DNA from: an uncultured virus (IMG/VR IMGVR_UViG_3300045125_000114)
Lineage: Duplodnaviria; Heunggongvirae; Uroviricota; Caudoviricetes
Direction: 5' to 3' (one strand)
IMG/VR virus record: IMGVR_UViG_3300045125_000114
Length of the DNA stretch: 64,000 nucleotides
Below, in pieces: positions 12,286 through 25,729 of the stretch (its first letter is position 1; each line of letters opens with the position of its first letter). Under the pieces are notes generated by a model that was given only the letters and a program-made list of their open reading frames with translations, made no database searches and was not told the origin of the DNA. The position numbers and the translations under genes are program-made.

Positions 12286-13254
12286 CTACGGATCGCCACA
12301 TTTTTCCCAAAACGAAACAAGTAATGGCACCGTTTCCGGCCATCTTTGAAACATTCCTGTCCACGGCACTTTCCAATTGCCCCGCCGTAATTTCTGTCAG
12401 ACACGGTTTCGGTTGAGTTCGACACTTGGGGCAGTCGCTGCAAATTTTGAAACAAGGGCCGCAGTCCAGACCACCGTCGTCTCAGTATTTCTGTACCAAT
12501 ACAGTCGAAACATTGCTGCAAGCCTTACCGTCCGCAAATGTAAAAAATTCGGACAAGCGGCTTTTTCTCATTCTCCGGCCAAATGAAAAGCCGCAGTATC
12601 CACGCTGACGACGTAGTCCGCTGCATAGATGAATCAACCATATCGAGCGACTGAGATTTGAGAATGTTTTGGCACGCCTGCCGTCGTTCTTTTTATTTCG
12701 GGTGTGCAACCCGAAAAAACTGCTTGTTTTTGAAGCTTTTACGACAGCGGCTTATTTGAGCCGGAGCAGTGTTTTGGCCAACATTTTGCTCACCGGAGCG
12801 AACGCCACAAGCGGCGTTCCTGGCTTTCTGAATTGTTCTCCAACTTTCTTTTTCCGTCTTTGATGACTTGCTGCGGGAGGGCAATCTGCATTTCGTGGCT
12901 TTCAGAATGCCACAGACCGTGCCCAAATATCGCTCTGTGTTCTTTACAATTTGGGGCCAAAGAAGCTGTATCTGTCGTGGCTATGGTGACACAAGTGTTG
13001 TAACACAGAAGGTAGTCATTCGGATTGTCTGTTCTTGAGTCTACAACTTGTGAAACATGGGGATAATCCTGTGCCGCATCCAAATATTCCGGGCAGACAG
13101 GCAAAAACAATTTCGGCGTCCGGCATGATGCGTTTGAAATCATCAATCATCATCTGCTGCATTATCATATTCGCTGAGTCCTTTTTTCGTGCCATATCAG
13201 GACTTGGTTTTTCTTCTTGTGGAAATCACGGAGCGACCAGGCTTTGGGCCGCAT
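12286..13254 (-). CDS. Glycosyltransferase family 9 (heptosyltransferase-like)
   Basis: Stitched ADYVVSVDTAAFHLAG..RK.LVGIF and C-terminal CGPCF..C..C...PCL.EIT. Confidence 0.75.
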
Positions 13255-13308
13255 GTTTTCACGCAGCGGATGAGACTGAGGCATGGTTGTCTGATAGAGG
13301 CAACAATA

Positions 13309-13336
13309 AAACCGAGGCCCAATTGGGCCTCGGTTT
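13309..13336 (-). terminator. Perfect palindromic hairpin terminator
   Basis: aaaccgaggcccaattgggcctcggttt with T-run on the minus strand. Confidence 0.8.
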
Positions 13337-13384
13337 CTGTTCCAACATATAGAGGGGAACACCGGGATCAAGTCCTGGGGGTGG

Positions 13385-14038
13385 TTAGCTGTTGCAGACG
13401 CTCTCTGTACGGACAAGAGAACCGCAGACGTCGGCGGTCGTTACCTTACCGGAGACAAGTTGTGCACGAACTCCAGCTTGGTCACGGACTGGGTCGCTGC
13501 AGCTGTTGAGCGACCTGAGTCTCACCAGCGCCGAGGTCGAACGCGGCATCGGCCACGCCGTTCACACGGACACGGACGGCGGTCGAGACCTTGGTTGGCA
13601 ATCTGCACGACTGACGGCGTATCGCCAGTATCGCCAGCAGAATGGTCGATCTCGTTGTCGGTGAAGTCGCTGCACTGCAGTCGATAACCTGCATGTTGTA
13701 AAACCTTCGGGTAGGTGTTTTTCCGGAAGCAACGTCGCTCCAAACCGGAACCGTCGTCGGTAGCGGTCTCAATGAAGGTTTCTGGTTCTGCGCAACTTGA
13801 GGATAAGCGAAACGCTTCCAATAGTTGCAGTCGGTGAAGGTGTCGCCGTCGAGACAGTTTACGATATGTTGCATTACGGACCGGCGCACCGGCTTCGTAG
13901 ATCGCGCTGAGATCGAGGTCGTGAGTGCGTCACCCCAGCAAGCTGTGGTCGTTGCCGGTGATTGCAGAAGCGGTGCTGGGGTCACGGTCCATGTACCCCT
14001 GCTCAATGTTCTGTAGTTCGACCACTGAACACGCTCAT
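13385..14038 (-). CDS. Probable virion structural protein
   Basis: DGDTFTDCNYWKRFAYP; beta-rich C-terminus; followed by a strong terminator. Confidence 0.5.
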
Positions 14039-14893
14039 GATTATCTCTGTGAGTGTCGGTTCCCGCTTCCTCGTCTTCGCAGCAGGTATGCAACAACAAC
14101 TCAAAATTTCATCACTTCACCCTTGCAGGGAACATCCTTTTGTAGATATTTTCACTCAGTCTTTACGTCTGAGTCTTGACTGTTGTTCTGTATAGTCCAG
14201 CGGCCCCGCCGAAAAGTTGTTCGCTTTCGGCGCCTTCTTGCCCATCTCAGCGTCGGATCGGCCTCATCAATCGCGGCCCCTGGTGCCATTTTCCTTGCCG
14301 ATTCAATTTGTTCTCTGTCGAAGCGACTTTGTGGGCGAGCTTCCTTTGGTCGATTCGACACAGTGTGGCCTTGGTTCAGGGCTGAATTATCTGTAGAGGG
14401 TAGGGAATTTCTGATTCCCTCATGAAACTTTCTACAGGGTGTTCCGACATATCGCAGGCCAGTTCGCGGAACCGCTATCGGCGAATTGATCTCGCGAAGA
14501 TTCGAGTTGCTCTTTGGTAATTGTTCTTTCGCAATTTTTGAAAAATATGAGATGCCGATTCTTTGTGGGCTGTATATACTTAAGGCCGCCAAATAACGTG
14601 GCTACTTTCTTTGTTCATCATGGGACGCAATAGCCTTAATTGAACTAGAGTAATCGTCGCGAGATTGCCAGTATGCTTTCGCAATACTTGTCCTTAATTT
14701 TGAAGCGTCCATCGTAGGAGGTGGTATATTCACGAGACGAGCCCCAACGAACTAATAAAGAGAGTGTGGACGCATTTGCGTTGCTTTATTTCAGCGAGTT
14801 CGGCCCGATGGACGTTTATAGCAGGATATTTTTGAAGAATTATTCTCTTTTCTTCTCAATCCTCACTCTGGTATGAAAACGAGGAGATCAAAA

Positions 14894-15603
14894 ATGAAAT
14901 ATCCGAATATAACAAAGGATTTTCTAGCGGCAGAACTAATGACTTAAAAGCATCAGTCAAATTGCCAAAGAATCGAGTGCCCAAAACCACCTATTCGTAG
15001 AAGAATTTCTGAATACGCAATTGAAATTCCAACAGAATAGTCTGGTTGGCCGAAGATTTGGATAAATGGTATGTCGAATCTGAAAGCGGGCGGCGACACG
15101 GAAAAATCTTGGTGGAACGTGAAATGTCAACGTGGTCGGTTACGCTGTCAGGTGGAAACTGGCAGTCTTACAAGTGGCAACAAGTACACAGTGTAATTCA
15201 CGTAAGTACGCGACTAAGAAAGCACCAAACATTACAACTGAAAAGGTTGGGGAGAAATCAGCGGCACTCTTTGGATGCAGAGTCTGGATACAGAAGCAAT
15301 CGACTGCGAAGGAGAAAAACCTCGAACGTCGAAATAAAGATAGAATACGTCTGGTCTTTGTTCTTGAAAAGCAGGAACGGAAAGTGTTGACTTTATCTGG
15401 ACTGCCAATTCAAATTCGGAAAGCTCATGCCACCAGTGACGAGAACTACTGCGTCCCTGGATAGAGTTGATTCAGGCTCAAGGTTACACAGGAAAGGAAA
15501 TGTTCAGTGGGTTCATAAGATAATCAACAAGATGAAGCAAGACTTGACAGAAAAGCAATTTATAGAATTTTTGCCGTCCTGTCTCGTAAGCTTCAAATCT
15601 GAT
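14894..15603 (+). CDS. Homing-endonuclease-like protein, frameshifted
   Basis: GAGGAG RBS; LSGLPI, ASLDRVDS..GY..GNVQWVHKIINKMK. Confidence 0.7.
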
Positions 15604-16380
15604 GACGACGAGGGAGAAAAAGATGGCGGCGACAACAAGCTAACTTGTGGCTTTGTCTGGCTGGTAACCGTCGACAGCAAAGGCATGCAGGATATTGACC
15701 GTATGTATGCGCCGGGCGTGCCGCTCGCTTGCCACCAGAGGATCTTCCCGATCTACGTGTTGCAGCTTGCGCAAGCGTGGCAGGTAGAAATTCAGCAGAT
15801 TATTCGCCGACGAGAAGAGATGATGTGGAGCCGTTCATTGAGTCTTCTGATGACTGCCAAGCTTCCTCGACGACCGCCGGCGAAGCGTGAAGCTCGTAAT
15901 CTTCCATTGAACGGCGAACCGGAATTTTCTCGGGACAACCTCACTGCCTACTGGTCGAAATGTTGGGAAGCTGCCGAAGCAAGCACCATGTTGAGACGAG
16001 CTTCATCACGTCGTTTGATGTACTGTCTGGCAATCACGAAAACTGCCAGAATCTCCTCAACCCATCAGATTGTCGCCGTCCGCATGTCAACCACAGTGCC
16101 ACCGTGCTTGCGGAATTCTCTTGCGACCGAATGAGGATCGTCACTCGTCACATTCCATCTTCGCCAAGAGTATTCTTCAGCCTGCATCTTGGGTTCCAGC
16201 TTCGTATTACCGACTAAATCTTCTTGAAGTGGTTGATCTTGTTAGCTGGTTGTGCATCCTACTTCTTGGAAATCACTCAATGAAAAAGCCGACGGATTGA
16301 AAGGGGTCACTCCCTGTGTTTTCATTCCTTTCAGTCATTTAAGACTCCATGCTCGAAAAAAGACTTTATTCTGTCTTCAC

Positions 16381-17182
16381 TTATGTAAGCGGCATTTTTG
16401 TTGTAGTGGTGCCAGATGAGCAGTCTGCTATAAGTATTTCTTTGTCGAAATCTTTCAGCCAGTGGAAGCACCCGTCAATGATTCCGTGGGCTTTGATTTG
16501 AGGCGGATACGTCCAAAGCCCGTTGTGCAAATGCTCGCCACCGGCCCGCTCGTCGGCAAAGGAATCGTCGCAGCAGATTGCAGCGCCAATCTTTCGACGC
16601 CGAAAGGTAGGGCCAAATTTATGGCCGCACAAATTGGGTTCCTGTAGTCGTCAATCTGCGACTCAATTTCTTTGCTGTCCGTTCCCGCATACCCTTCTTC
16701 ACACGTCGGGAAGTAACGATATTTGGTTCCTCTGTATTGAGCAAGGAAATCTGGGTTGGTCCGGAATCGAAGCAACGCACTTGGGCAAAGCTTTGCTTCG
16801 GCGAGGCATGTATCGCAAACACTCATGGTACGGGTTGTTGACGATAGTAGTTCATGGATCGTTTTGCGTTCCATTTGACCAGCGTGCCGTGAACACCGAT
16901 TATCGTTACGTCTGATGGCAATGAGTCTACTATTGAAGCGTCAAAGTTGTAACCGTCCGATGCGATCAGAATCTTCCCGTGGTAGAAATTTTCTTGATCT
17001 ATCCAAGTGTTACGACGGGCGTTGTTTGCGTACTCGTTTTTCAGGAACGTGAAGTGGTCACGTTCGCTGATCGTCTGATTGATGTCAACATAGGGGACCA
17101 TCTTCTTTGTGAAGTTGCGGACCCACATGCCCTGCTCGGTCAGCAGGTACTCGTTCTTGTTACTATGTTTTTTGATTCTCAT
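16381..17182 (-). CDS. Putative Rossmann-like sugar transferase (DUF115/Maf-like)
   Basis: ILIASDGY, IIGVHG, NPICAAINLA..FGVERLAL.CCD; weak motif similarity only. Confidence 0.4.
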
Positions 17183-17184
17183 GT

Positions 17185-19500
17185 TTATTTCGGCGTACAC
17201 GGCACGATTGCCACGCACTGAGCCGTCTCTGATTCTCCGGTTAATTTGCTGGTGTCCAGTTGAATCTTAAATTCAATTGGGGCACCCTTGTAAACAAGTT
17301 CCATTTCTGGCATCTTGTCTGGCATTTTAACCGAGATTTCGGTAGGTGTGTTCCCGATCAATTCAATGGTCGGAGGGATTCCTACCACCTGAATAGTGGA
17401 CGGAATGCTGCTGCCATCAACGGTTATGACCGTCGGCAGTGTTTCGCCACGTTCGAGCCGAATTACCGTTGGAACCGAAGCGGCATCAAGTGTAATTGAC
17501 TTCGGCACATCTGTCGCATCAAGTGTAATTGACTTCGGCAAATCTTCAGACGGTGTCAACTTCGATACGGCGAGGTATCTTTTCCCATCCAATAAGTTTG
17601 ACGTCTGGAATTTCCGCGCACCGGAATTTCCTTCTGGAATGCTGTGAAGAACCTTGACGTCTGGAATCTGCAGGAACAGTAATCTTTATTTCCGACGGTA
17701 TACCCAAGATCGGTAGAATCAATTACCGGCTCGAAACTGTCTTGGAAGTCATCGTTCGGTATCGGAGCAGAACTCGAAGTAAATGCAGCCGCCGGACACA
17801 CCACGTTCACTGTGCAAACTAGCGACGTATAAAGGTCCTTACCACAATAATCAGCGACGGTGCCGGGCCGGAACGCAATCTGAGACGGAATGTACGGTGT
17901 CAGTCAGTTAACCAGAGCCGGAATGTACGGTGCCGGGCCAAAGTCAACCAGAGCTCGGAATGTACGGTGCCGGTCCAAAGTTAACCAGTGTCGGAATGTA
18001 CGGTGCCGGGCCAAAGTCAATCAGAGTCGGAATATACGGTGCCGCCAAAGTTAGACCAGAGTCGGAATGCCGGAAAGAAGCTGGGTTATTAATCAGAGTC
18101 GTGAATGTACGGTGCCGGGCCAAACTTCAATAGTTGGCGGAATGTACGGTGCCGGGCCGAACACAATTTCGGACGGAATGTACGGTGCGACACCGAAGAC
18201 AATCTCGGACGGAATGTCCGGCGACAACACGATTTCGCTAGGAACGCACAACACTGGAGACAACACGATTTGTCGGAATGGGGACTGGCTCAAACGCAAT
18301 GAATGTCGGAATGAAAACCGGACCAAATTCAATACAGTACAGCAAGACCGGTAATGCTGATTCCGCTAATTGAAAGGGGCGCAATTTCAATCAGTGTCGG
18401 TATGTCAACCGGCGGATAGCAATCAGTGTTGGTGATGTCAGACCGATGGACTGAGGCCTGGGGTTATACTGATAGTCGGAGGAATTGTTGGCCCGATCGT
18501 AATTACAGACGGAACGTTCAACGGCGGGTCAATCGGCTGCAGCCGACTGACGGAACGCTAAAAACGCTGGACCCATCTACGTTCAAATCCAAACACGGAA
18601 ACACAATAATTCGGCGGAATGTTGAGTGCATTCGATCGGCGGATTAAAATCCGGTATAATGATTGGCGGAATATTCGGGATCGTAGGTATCGTCACCTCG
18701 AATACTTCCAAACTCTCGGGCTCTACTACCGGAGTGCCCGGTCGGAGTTGTTCTTTCCACTTTGATGGAGTGTCCCGCGATGCGTGTCAGATTTATGCCA
18801 CCGTAACCACGGGGGTCATTGATCGAATTCCGCCGGACACAAGTGTACCGGACGTTGCGCGTTAGTGGTAAAATCGCCGGGTCGCCGGGAATCCAACCGG
18901 TACGAAGCGAACGACCCATTTATTGGCTATGTTGCAACGCGCCAATGTGCCCGCCGCGCGGGCCGGTGGACAAAGGCGGTGGAACCTCAAAACGTTAAAT
19001 CTGGGCACGAATGGTCGTCAGAAATCGGATCGACGGCGGCTGATTGCGAATTCTCCGGCAGTCTCAGTGTGGCCCTGCTCCTCCGTAAAGTTTTCGCCAA
19101 TGAAATCTTCCATCTTCAAAATGGCCAGTGACCAACTGACTGTGGTGTTCGGCCATTACGAAGCCACGGACTTCTGCACCGGCGTGCGCATGGCTTTTGT
19201 TTTGGTCCCGCCGAGATTTCTCAGACACCGTTTGAACCCGTAGATTTTTTCCGTCGGCATTTTTATCGACATCTGTCGTAGTAAAACAGTTCGCCTTCTA
19301 TGTTGGCGAAACCGTTTTCGGGCCAAATCTCATCTTTTTTCTGAGTCAACCGGTACGATGACTATTTCTCCAGACCAAGGCGACATTAGCAAAGGCCGTG
19401 TCACTTCGATTCTGGAGGTGTTGTAAACCAGAAAACAGAGTCGAATCGCTGTCGTACTCCTTTTCGGGCATGCCGGGGTTGGTGGGAATCCGCTTGCCAG
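17185..19500 (-). CDS. Long virion protein with Ile-Pro repeats
   Basis: N-terminus similar to upstream tail proteins; (IPxxVxFGPAPY)n and IPxxIxV repeats. Confidence 0.65.
17860..18310 (-). repeat. Coding tandem repeat, ~36 bp (12 aa) unit, about 9-12 degenerate copies
   Basis: Recurrent ggaatgtacggtgccgggcc core. Confidence 0.9.
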
Positions 19501-19529
19501 CGCCTTGAGTTTAGCCCGTTGTTTTCGTT

Positions 19530-21880
19530 TAGTACACGGTCATTTGCCACTGAGTTCCAGTCGGCCTGGACCCGGATTTGCTGAATGTCATGTCTGTTAA
19601 GTCCAGACCTTAGTCAGAGCGCTACATGCTGTAATCGTAGCTTAGGTACACCAGTGCTGATCGCCATCAGATGCCGCCAACAGGGTGTTGGAGGTGCTCG
19701 TCGAAACCGTTAACAGTGTTGTCCCGTAGCAAATCTGAACGCCGCCGAGCTGGCGCGCGTTCTTGTTCGTTTCCCATACCTGACTTGTTGTAGTTGTGCC
19801 GGATCATTGCCGCCACTGTTGTTGAAGAAAAAATACGCCGTCTCTCAACGCAACGAGTTGTCCCTCGGGTTTTGGCTTTCGGTCCAGCCAGTGTCGGTTA
19901 GCTTCCTTTATGTCGATAAACGGGTCGGCCGTGGTGCCGGCCGTACTTGCAGAAACTTTTCAACCTGAAGAACGTGCCGACGCCCTCGCTCCTGACTATG
20001 TATCCTGTATCGTCTCGCCAGCATGAGCGCCGATGGGACGCTCATGCGTCCTTGTTCCGGCGTTGCTGTTTTCGTCAAAGGTCACCGCATTTTGTTTCAA
20101 CTCGTTAGCACCGTTTTTGTAGTTGGTGTTGGCGAGAAGTCGAAGAAGCTACCGAAAAAATCTGGCAGCGACATCGCATCTTTGGTTTGATTAGCTGGCG
20201 ATTCGTTGGGACCGGGTGTTGCAACATTGCCACCTAAGGTACAGCGCGCACAGTTTAAGTCGGCGAGGCCAGTGCCACCCAATTCCAAGGTCGGTTTATT
20301 GAGTCCCTTGATATGTATGTGTCACTGAACCCATTGAACTCACTCATTTTGATCGTTTCGTCGGTCGTGGGATCGCTGCCTTCGGCACGCCCGCTGGGCC
20401 CAAAACAATATCCCACTTCCGCCGCTCTTCCCGGAAGGTACGGTCCCACGTTGGGCGAATCCAGCGTTTCTGAGGGGAACTCACGCTTTCGGCGGTTCCT
20501 CATTGTCTTCTCCGGTCAAGAATCGCGCTGTTGATTCCTGGTGTTAAGGGTCGTTTCGGCTTGGCCTTGAAGGTTCTAATTGGCCGCACCGGAATCCCGT
20601 AGGACTGAACCGTAGCGTGGTTGTTGGCAAATGTCCACAGCCACAGGTTCGTGCGTTCTACAATGTCGATACTATGTTTGTAAAAGTTGTGATGGAAAGT
20701 ACCCTCAATTCTAGTATCAACACGAAGAATCAACTGTAAATCCCACCGACGCTGCATGAAGCCTTCGTATGGCCGATGAATTGTTGTGAGTCAGGTCGTC
20801 TGCCAGTGACCATGTGTATTGAGATATTGGGTCAGCGCTTTCCGAAATCGTCAGCTCGCCGCCGTAAGAACGCCCGGTGTTCGGATTGACTCCAGACGGA
20901 ACTGTGTCGATAAGGCTATTTGCGGCGGCACGAATTTGCGGTAGCGTTGCGGTCCATCGGTTGCTCGCCCGGCGTGCTAATCTGCCCTTGGTCCTTGCGG
21001 TGTTCGATAATGGGGCTTTCAGCTTTTATTCTTATGTTAATGAGTGAAAAATGGCTGTCGTTCCCAAAGTCTTAATTTTATGTTATAAATTGGGCCAGTT
21101 TAACGTCAAAATTTCCAGTTTGGCATACGTCTTCCTTGCTACCCCGCCGTCCAAGTCTTTCACGATGACGTTGGCGGACGCCGTAACCGGCACCCTCGTC
21201 CGTCAACTTCTGGTGGTCGTCGTTTTTCCAATTGTTGCAGTTGAAGGACCGAAAGTGCTTGCCGCCAAAATCCCAAATCCGAAGCTAGACATCTCCGTCC
21301 TCCAAGGCGGAACGAAAGGTCACTGAAGTCACAGGTACCTCTGGAACGAGTCCGATGTTTTTGTTGGACCGGCTTACTCAAGCGCTCGAGGACAAAACCA
21401 ATTCTCTCTTCAAGTAATTGATTCGTGCTTCCATCGTCCCTTCTGAGCGGCCTGACACCGACTTCGCTCCTTTTTGCCTGCGTGTGCCTCGGGATCGCAA
21501 CGATGGCGTTCTTGATGCAGCATTGTGGTGGTATGCCATCACGTTTTGCTGCGACGATTAGTCATTGCTTTGGGCTTGTGCAACATCTTCAAACCCGGGA
21601 AGAATTTCCAACTGTTCAAATGTGTAAGCGGGTGCGAAGGCCGTAAAAGAAAGACGTGGCCCGCACGCCGGCGTCACTGCACTGTTCGGTAAGGGTGATG
21701 ATTCCCGTGTCGGGAAATCGGGCGCATGGGGTCTTCGTCCCCGATGACCGTAATGGCAGTGTCGCCGGGCAGGTAGTCTTCGGCCAATCGGACTCTCAGC
21801 GAATCGTCGTACTTCGCAAGCAGATTTGAGTCGGTGTCGGAAATCGGTCGGGAAATTGCATGCTAGTTGGAATCGTCATT
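19530..21880 (-). CDS. Large tail/baseplate-associated protein, heavily frameshifted
   Basis: MTIPT..FPT.FDTDSNL..DSLRVRLAEDYLPGDT..FPDTGIITLTEQC. Confidence 0.55.
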
Positions 21881-22975
21881 ATGTCACCGTGTAATGATGT
21901 CCTTCAAGAACACCCGCTTGAGGTTTGCAGTTTGGCGAACAACACGAGCCTCGAAGGCTCGCGTTTGCGATCCCCGGCTGGTCGTAAATGTAGCTTGCGG
22001 TGTGAATGTTGGGGTCAAGTACCGGCAAACTGTTGTTTTCTACTTCTGTGCCGTCGGAGAGTACCCGGCCCGTCAAAAATCCAGTACCTCTGGGTCACAT
22101 CTCCATCGACGTAGCTGGTCGAATTCAAACGTTGTCTGGACCGACTGCCGAGACTATCGGCAGTTTCCTTGGAATAGCCGGAGAAGGCGGAGTGACGTAG
22201 AAAAACGGCTGCCGTTCTTCTTCGTTGACCGTGGTTGTAGTTCGCCATTTGGTAATGACGCCCTGGGCACCCAAAGAAGTAATTATGTTCAAGCTTCGAC
22301 GGTGTACGTTCCTTCCGGTGGTAAAGTGTGAATTGGGCTTTTTTCAATACTCGTCGTGCCGTCCCCGAGAGGTCCCACAAGTACTCTGATGAAGTGGCCC
22401 GCTGCTGAAATTCTGAAACCGTACTCCTGCGCGCCGGTGCCCCCTGGTGGTAGACGCCTGTGGCAAACAGGTTTGGGCGAAAGGAACCTGTTTTCTTGTA
22501 AGCTTTCAAATGAAGTTCAACGAGCCGTCGGCCGGAAAGTCTACGGTCCCGAGATCGGCATTCGGCCTTTCAACACTGCATCTTTTGATGGCGTTGTGGT
22601 GTTCGGCCATAGCCGAATTGACCACGGAACTTCCCGCCGACCACTGCCCCTGACGACTACCGGCACGTCCCCAATCAAATTGCGGAACACGCCAGAAACC
22701 TTCTGGGTCGTGCGTAAACAATTTCGTAATTCTCGCCCAACTCCCTTCCGGCGGTAGCGGGCCGATTCTTAAAAGGCCACGATCCGGGAACGCAGCATTG
22801 TCATCAACAATGATGTACTTGCCGCTGTACGTTAAAGTGTGTTTCAGAACTGCTTCTGGCATTATTCTTTACACTGTACCAGGTTGGTCCCGGCTGTCTT
22901 TCAGCTGCTTGAAAAGCGAAAGATCGCCAGTTTGATACCCAAGGTCGAGTGAGGGTTTCGATCTAAAACCATCTT
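21880..22975 (-). CDS. PKD-domain virion protein
   Basis: EYLWD(F)GDGTTS.EK.PIHT(Y)..GTYTV PKD motif; second repeat YWIFDG..YIYDQPG. Confidence 0.75.
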
Positions 22976-22989
22976 ATGCAGCCCCTGCC

Positions 22990-23712
22990 AATTGGCTTCT
23001 TTTGCCTCTGATAGTTTCTTCTTTGTATTCTTCCTTGACTTCCAGAAGTTGAGTTTGGATTGTGTTCAACCTGTTGACCATTTGCTTCTTGACCGGAATA
23101 TCGTCCGGCAAGGCCAAGCTAGATTCTCAACTTCATTTCCGAAACATCTAGTGGTTTTACGCGCCCAACATATTCAGGTTAATCTTCTCCGACAGCTTGC
23201 TGCCCTATACTGCTTCTGGGAATCGAGGTCGTCAAAAAGGTTTCTAACTTTTTCAACCTTCTCAAAGATTTCTGAAAGTTTCGAGGAAGAATCGTGCCTC
23301 GTCTTCTCCATCCAGCCCTCTCTCTTTCTTCTTCAGCTGTCGATCAGACTTCCGGCCGCCAGCCTTTTTCCGTCAAAAGACGACGGTTCTTGATCTGGTG
23401 TTCTTTTTTGTTCATTTCCTCGATTTCAGCGTCGGCGTCTGCTGTCCACCCGGTCTTCGCCGCTTTTTGAATTTGAATATTGAGCATTTCCGCTCCGGTC
23501 TTTGGACTCTTCTATTTCGGAGGTCGATTGCCAGAAGTGCGTCCCGCCGGGATTTCATTTCACGGGAAGACACCGCCGCATTTTGGCCTGGATCGTCGGC
23601 TCTTTGTCAGATTCACGAAATATTTGAGTTGGAAAATAACGGATGGCGGCTGGTAACTTCTACTTTGAGAGCTTCTTCGTCCAGTTCGGCCGTCGAGGGG
23701 CGGAAGCGACAT
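22990..23712 (-). CDS. Hypothetical coiled-coil protein
   Basis: Charged coiled-coil fragments on the minus strand. Confidence 0.4.
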
Positions 23713-23804
23713 GTGCGGTAATTTCTGTTTTGACTGCACTTCTCTCCGGGTGGAAATAAGCTACCGTAATAGAGGAGCAACCCGTGAAAAATACAACGAT
23801 AGAG

Positions 23805-24362
23805 ATAGAGAAGAAGTCCCACTTCATTCTCAGCGAAGCGCAAGATGCTACTTGAGCCGGACCAATTGAACACGACGCTTCCTGGCCACAATTGAAGCGC
23901 ATCGAGGCCTTCAAGAGTGTTATGCAGTGAGAAGGTTCAAAAATCAACTTGTTCGACCCTTTTCGCTGGTCCCAGACAGCAATGGGTGCCTCTATACTCA
24001 AAAAGGCACGGGAGGGAAAGACTATGAGACAATGGCTAAAGTCTCTAAAGCCTTTGTTCGCAAGGATTTAGCAATGGCGGATCGGGCCGACTTTTATTGT
24101 GCCCGTCGTATTTGCCCATGGGGCGTGCCGACCACCGGTACGCACCACGAAATCGATCAATTCGAGCAGCGCCAAAAAACCGACTTTGCTGGTGTGTCCA
24201 TTGTGGGCAAGAGGCGCTGTTGTTCCGCTATATGGTATTACGGGTTTATTCCCCATATGAGGTAATGTTTGGCTGCTGGGGAAGATTGATACCAATATTT
24301 GGAAGATGTGAATGCGGGTGCTCACAAGAGAATAATCGGTGGCACATATGTACGGCATTTAA
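23805..24362 (+). CDS. Nucleoside 2-deoxyribosyltransferase-like protein
   Basis: CYL(S)GPIE, LFDPF, DLAM.DRADF, PTTGTHHEI. Confidence 0.7.
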
Positions 24363-24912
24363 GCACATTTTGCTGCCGATTACGGCTTTGAATCGGCAGC
24401 AGCCGTGGCGAGCGTGGCTTTCATGCCCATAACAGTTTGCAAGTCTCAATCGGGAGATTGCTCGTCCCACCCTGCTGAATGCTTCTCGGCATCATCAGTC
24501 CGTTTATTGTGCCCTCGATAAACCGCTTACCGACCGTCAGCAACCGGGAAGAGTATGTCTTTTCGTCTTCAAATTAATAGCAAATTTTTCGTTCAGGTTT
24601 TGGTCGAACTGTGGTGCCCGCAATTACGAGAATGTTCCAGTCTGAAGGGGGATGTTTGAACCTGAATGATGAGGGAACTGAAAGTCGTGCCCGCCACATA
24701 AGTAGGAGCCGGGTATTTGAAGTTCCCTCACTTCTTCTTTAAGTCAGCAGTCGAATCTGTGACGAAAATAAAGGCGAGAGTCGTATCTTGCCCTTATTGA
24801 TCTGGCGGCGTTATCAGCAAGCGCCTGACGTTGTGTTCAGGAGATACGATAAATCCACACTTCAATTGCTTGCGCAAGCGTATAGTCGGTACAAGATTTG
24901 ATCCCTCGTCAT
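24359..24912 (-). CDS. Hypothetical, possibly degenerate glycosyltransferase
   Basis: Fragments on the minus strand (DILFPV, GTINGLMM). Confidence 0.35.
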
Positions 24913-25729
24913 TACGTCAAGGAAAACGTCGAAGTCGATACGGACAATATCGTTCGTGACGGCTGTCGCCAACTGAACGTCCCGGCCGAATCGGGGTGAA
25001 CGAGTTCAGTGTCCATGTGTCGGTGACTAAATTGCCGGGGACGTAAATGTTCGCCGACGAACTAATCCTGATTCCGTTAATGGTCACTGCAGCGTGCCCT
25101 CCATGTAAGGAGTGCTGATTGGACGTTACCTGATAGTTTTGAAGTCTTCCCGTTACAGGCTCCAGATCGTAGTAGTGGCGGTGAGCCGCTCGGACCGGGA
25201 AAAAGCCATATTTGCTTTGATTTTGTTTTCTTCTGACGCCTCAAATCGGGATTGTCGGCGAAGAAGTAAATGTGACCGGCCTCAGAACAGAACGGCGTTG
25301 GAAATGTTTCCTCGACTCAATGGTCATGTTGGTGGCTTCGGGAGCAATCCGAGCCAATTTGTCACGTTCCGCTTCCAGCATCCTCAACAAACGGAACCGG
25401 GTTGGTTAATTGCAACCAAGATTTTCTAACTCAGTAATTTCTACCGAGTCAAGAGTTCTCGAACCGTCTTCGGTAAGTCCGCAATGTTGTGGTCGGCATC
25501 GTCAATTGCTTCGTCTTCAAAGAGCTGTCGGCTTCGAGCGACTGATCCAGTCATTCGACAAAGTGCCTCTGAGTGCTGCCGAACTACGAATAATGGCGTG
25601 CGGATGTAAATGAACTGCCTGTTGATTTATCTTGTCCATCCATCAAAGCCTTCAACGGAAGGTTGTTTTACCCAATGGTAATGGGTGCAGCGGATTGTAC
25701 AGCGGTACTGAAACTTTCACCCTAAGCAT
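24912..25729 (-). CDS. Probable virion structural protein
   Basis: VPLYNPLHP..NLPLK; C-terminal INGIRI...DIVRIDFD. Confidence 0.55.

Noticed and set aside
17860..18310. CRISPR-like array of ~36-bp period
   Set aside because: The period is a multiple of 3, there are no unique spacers, and it translates as a 12-aa repeat inside a long gene.
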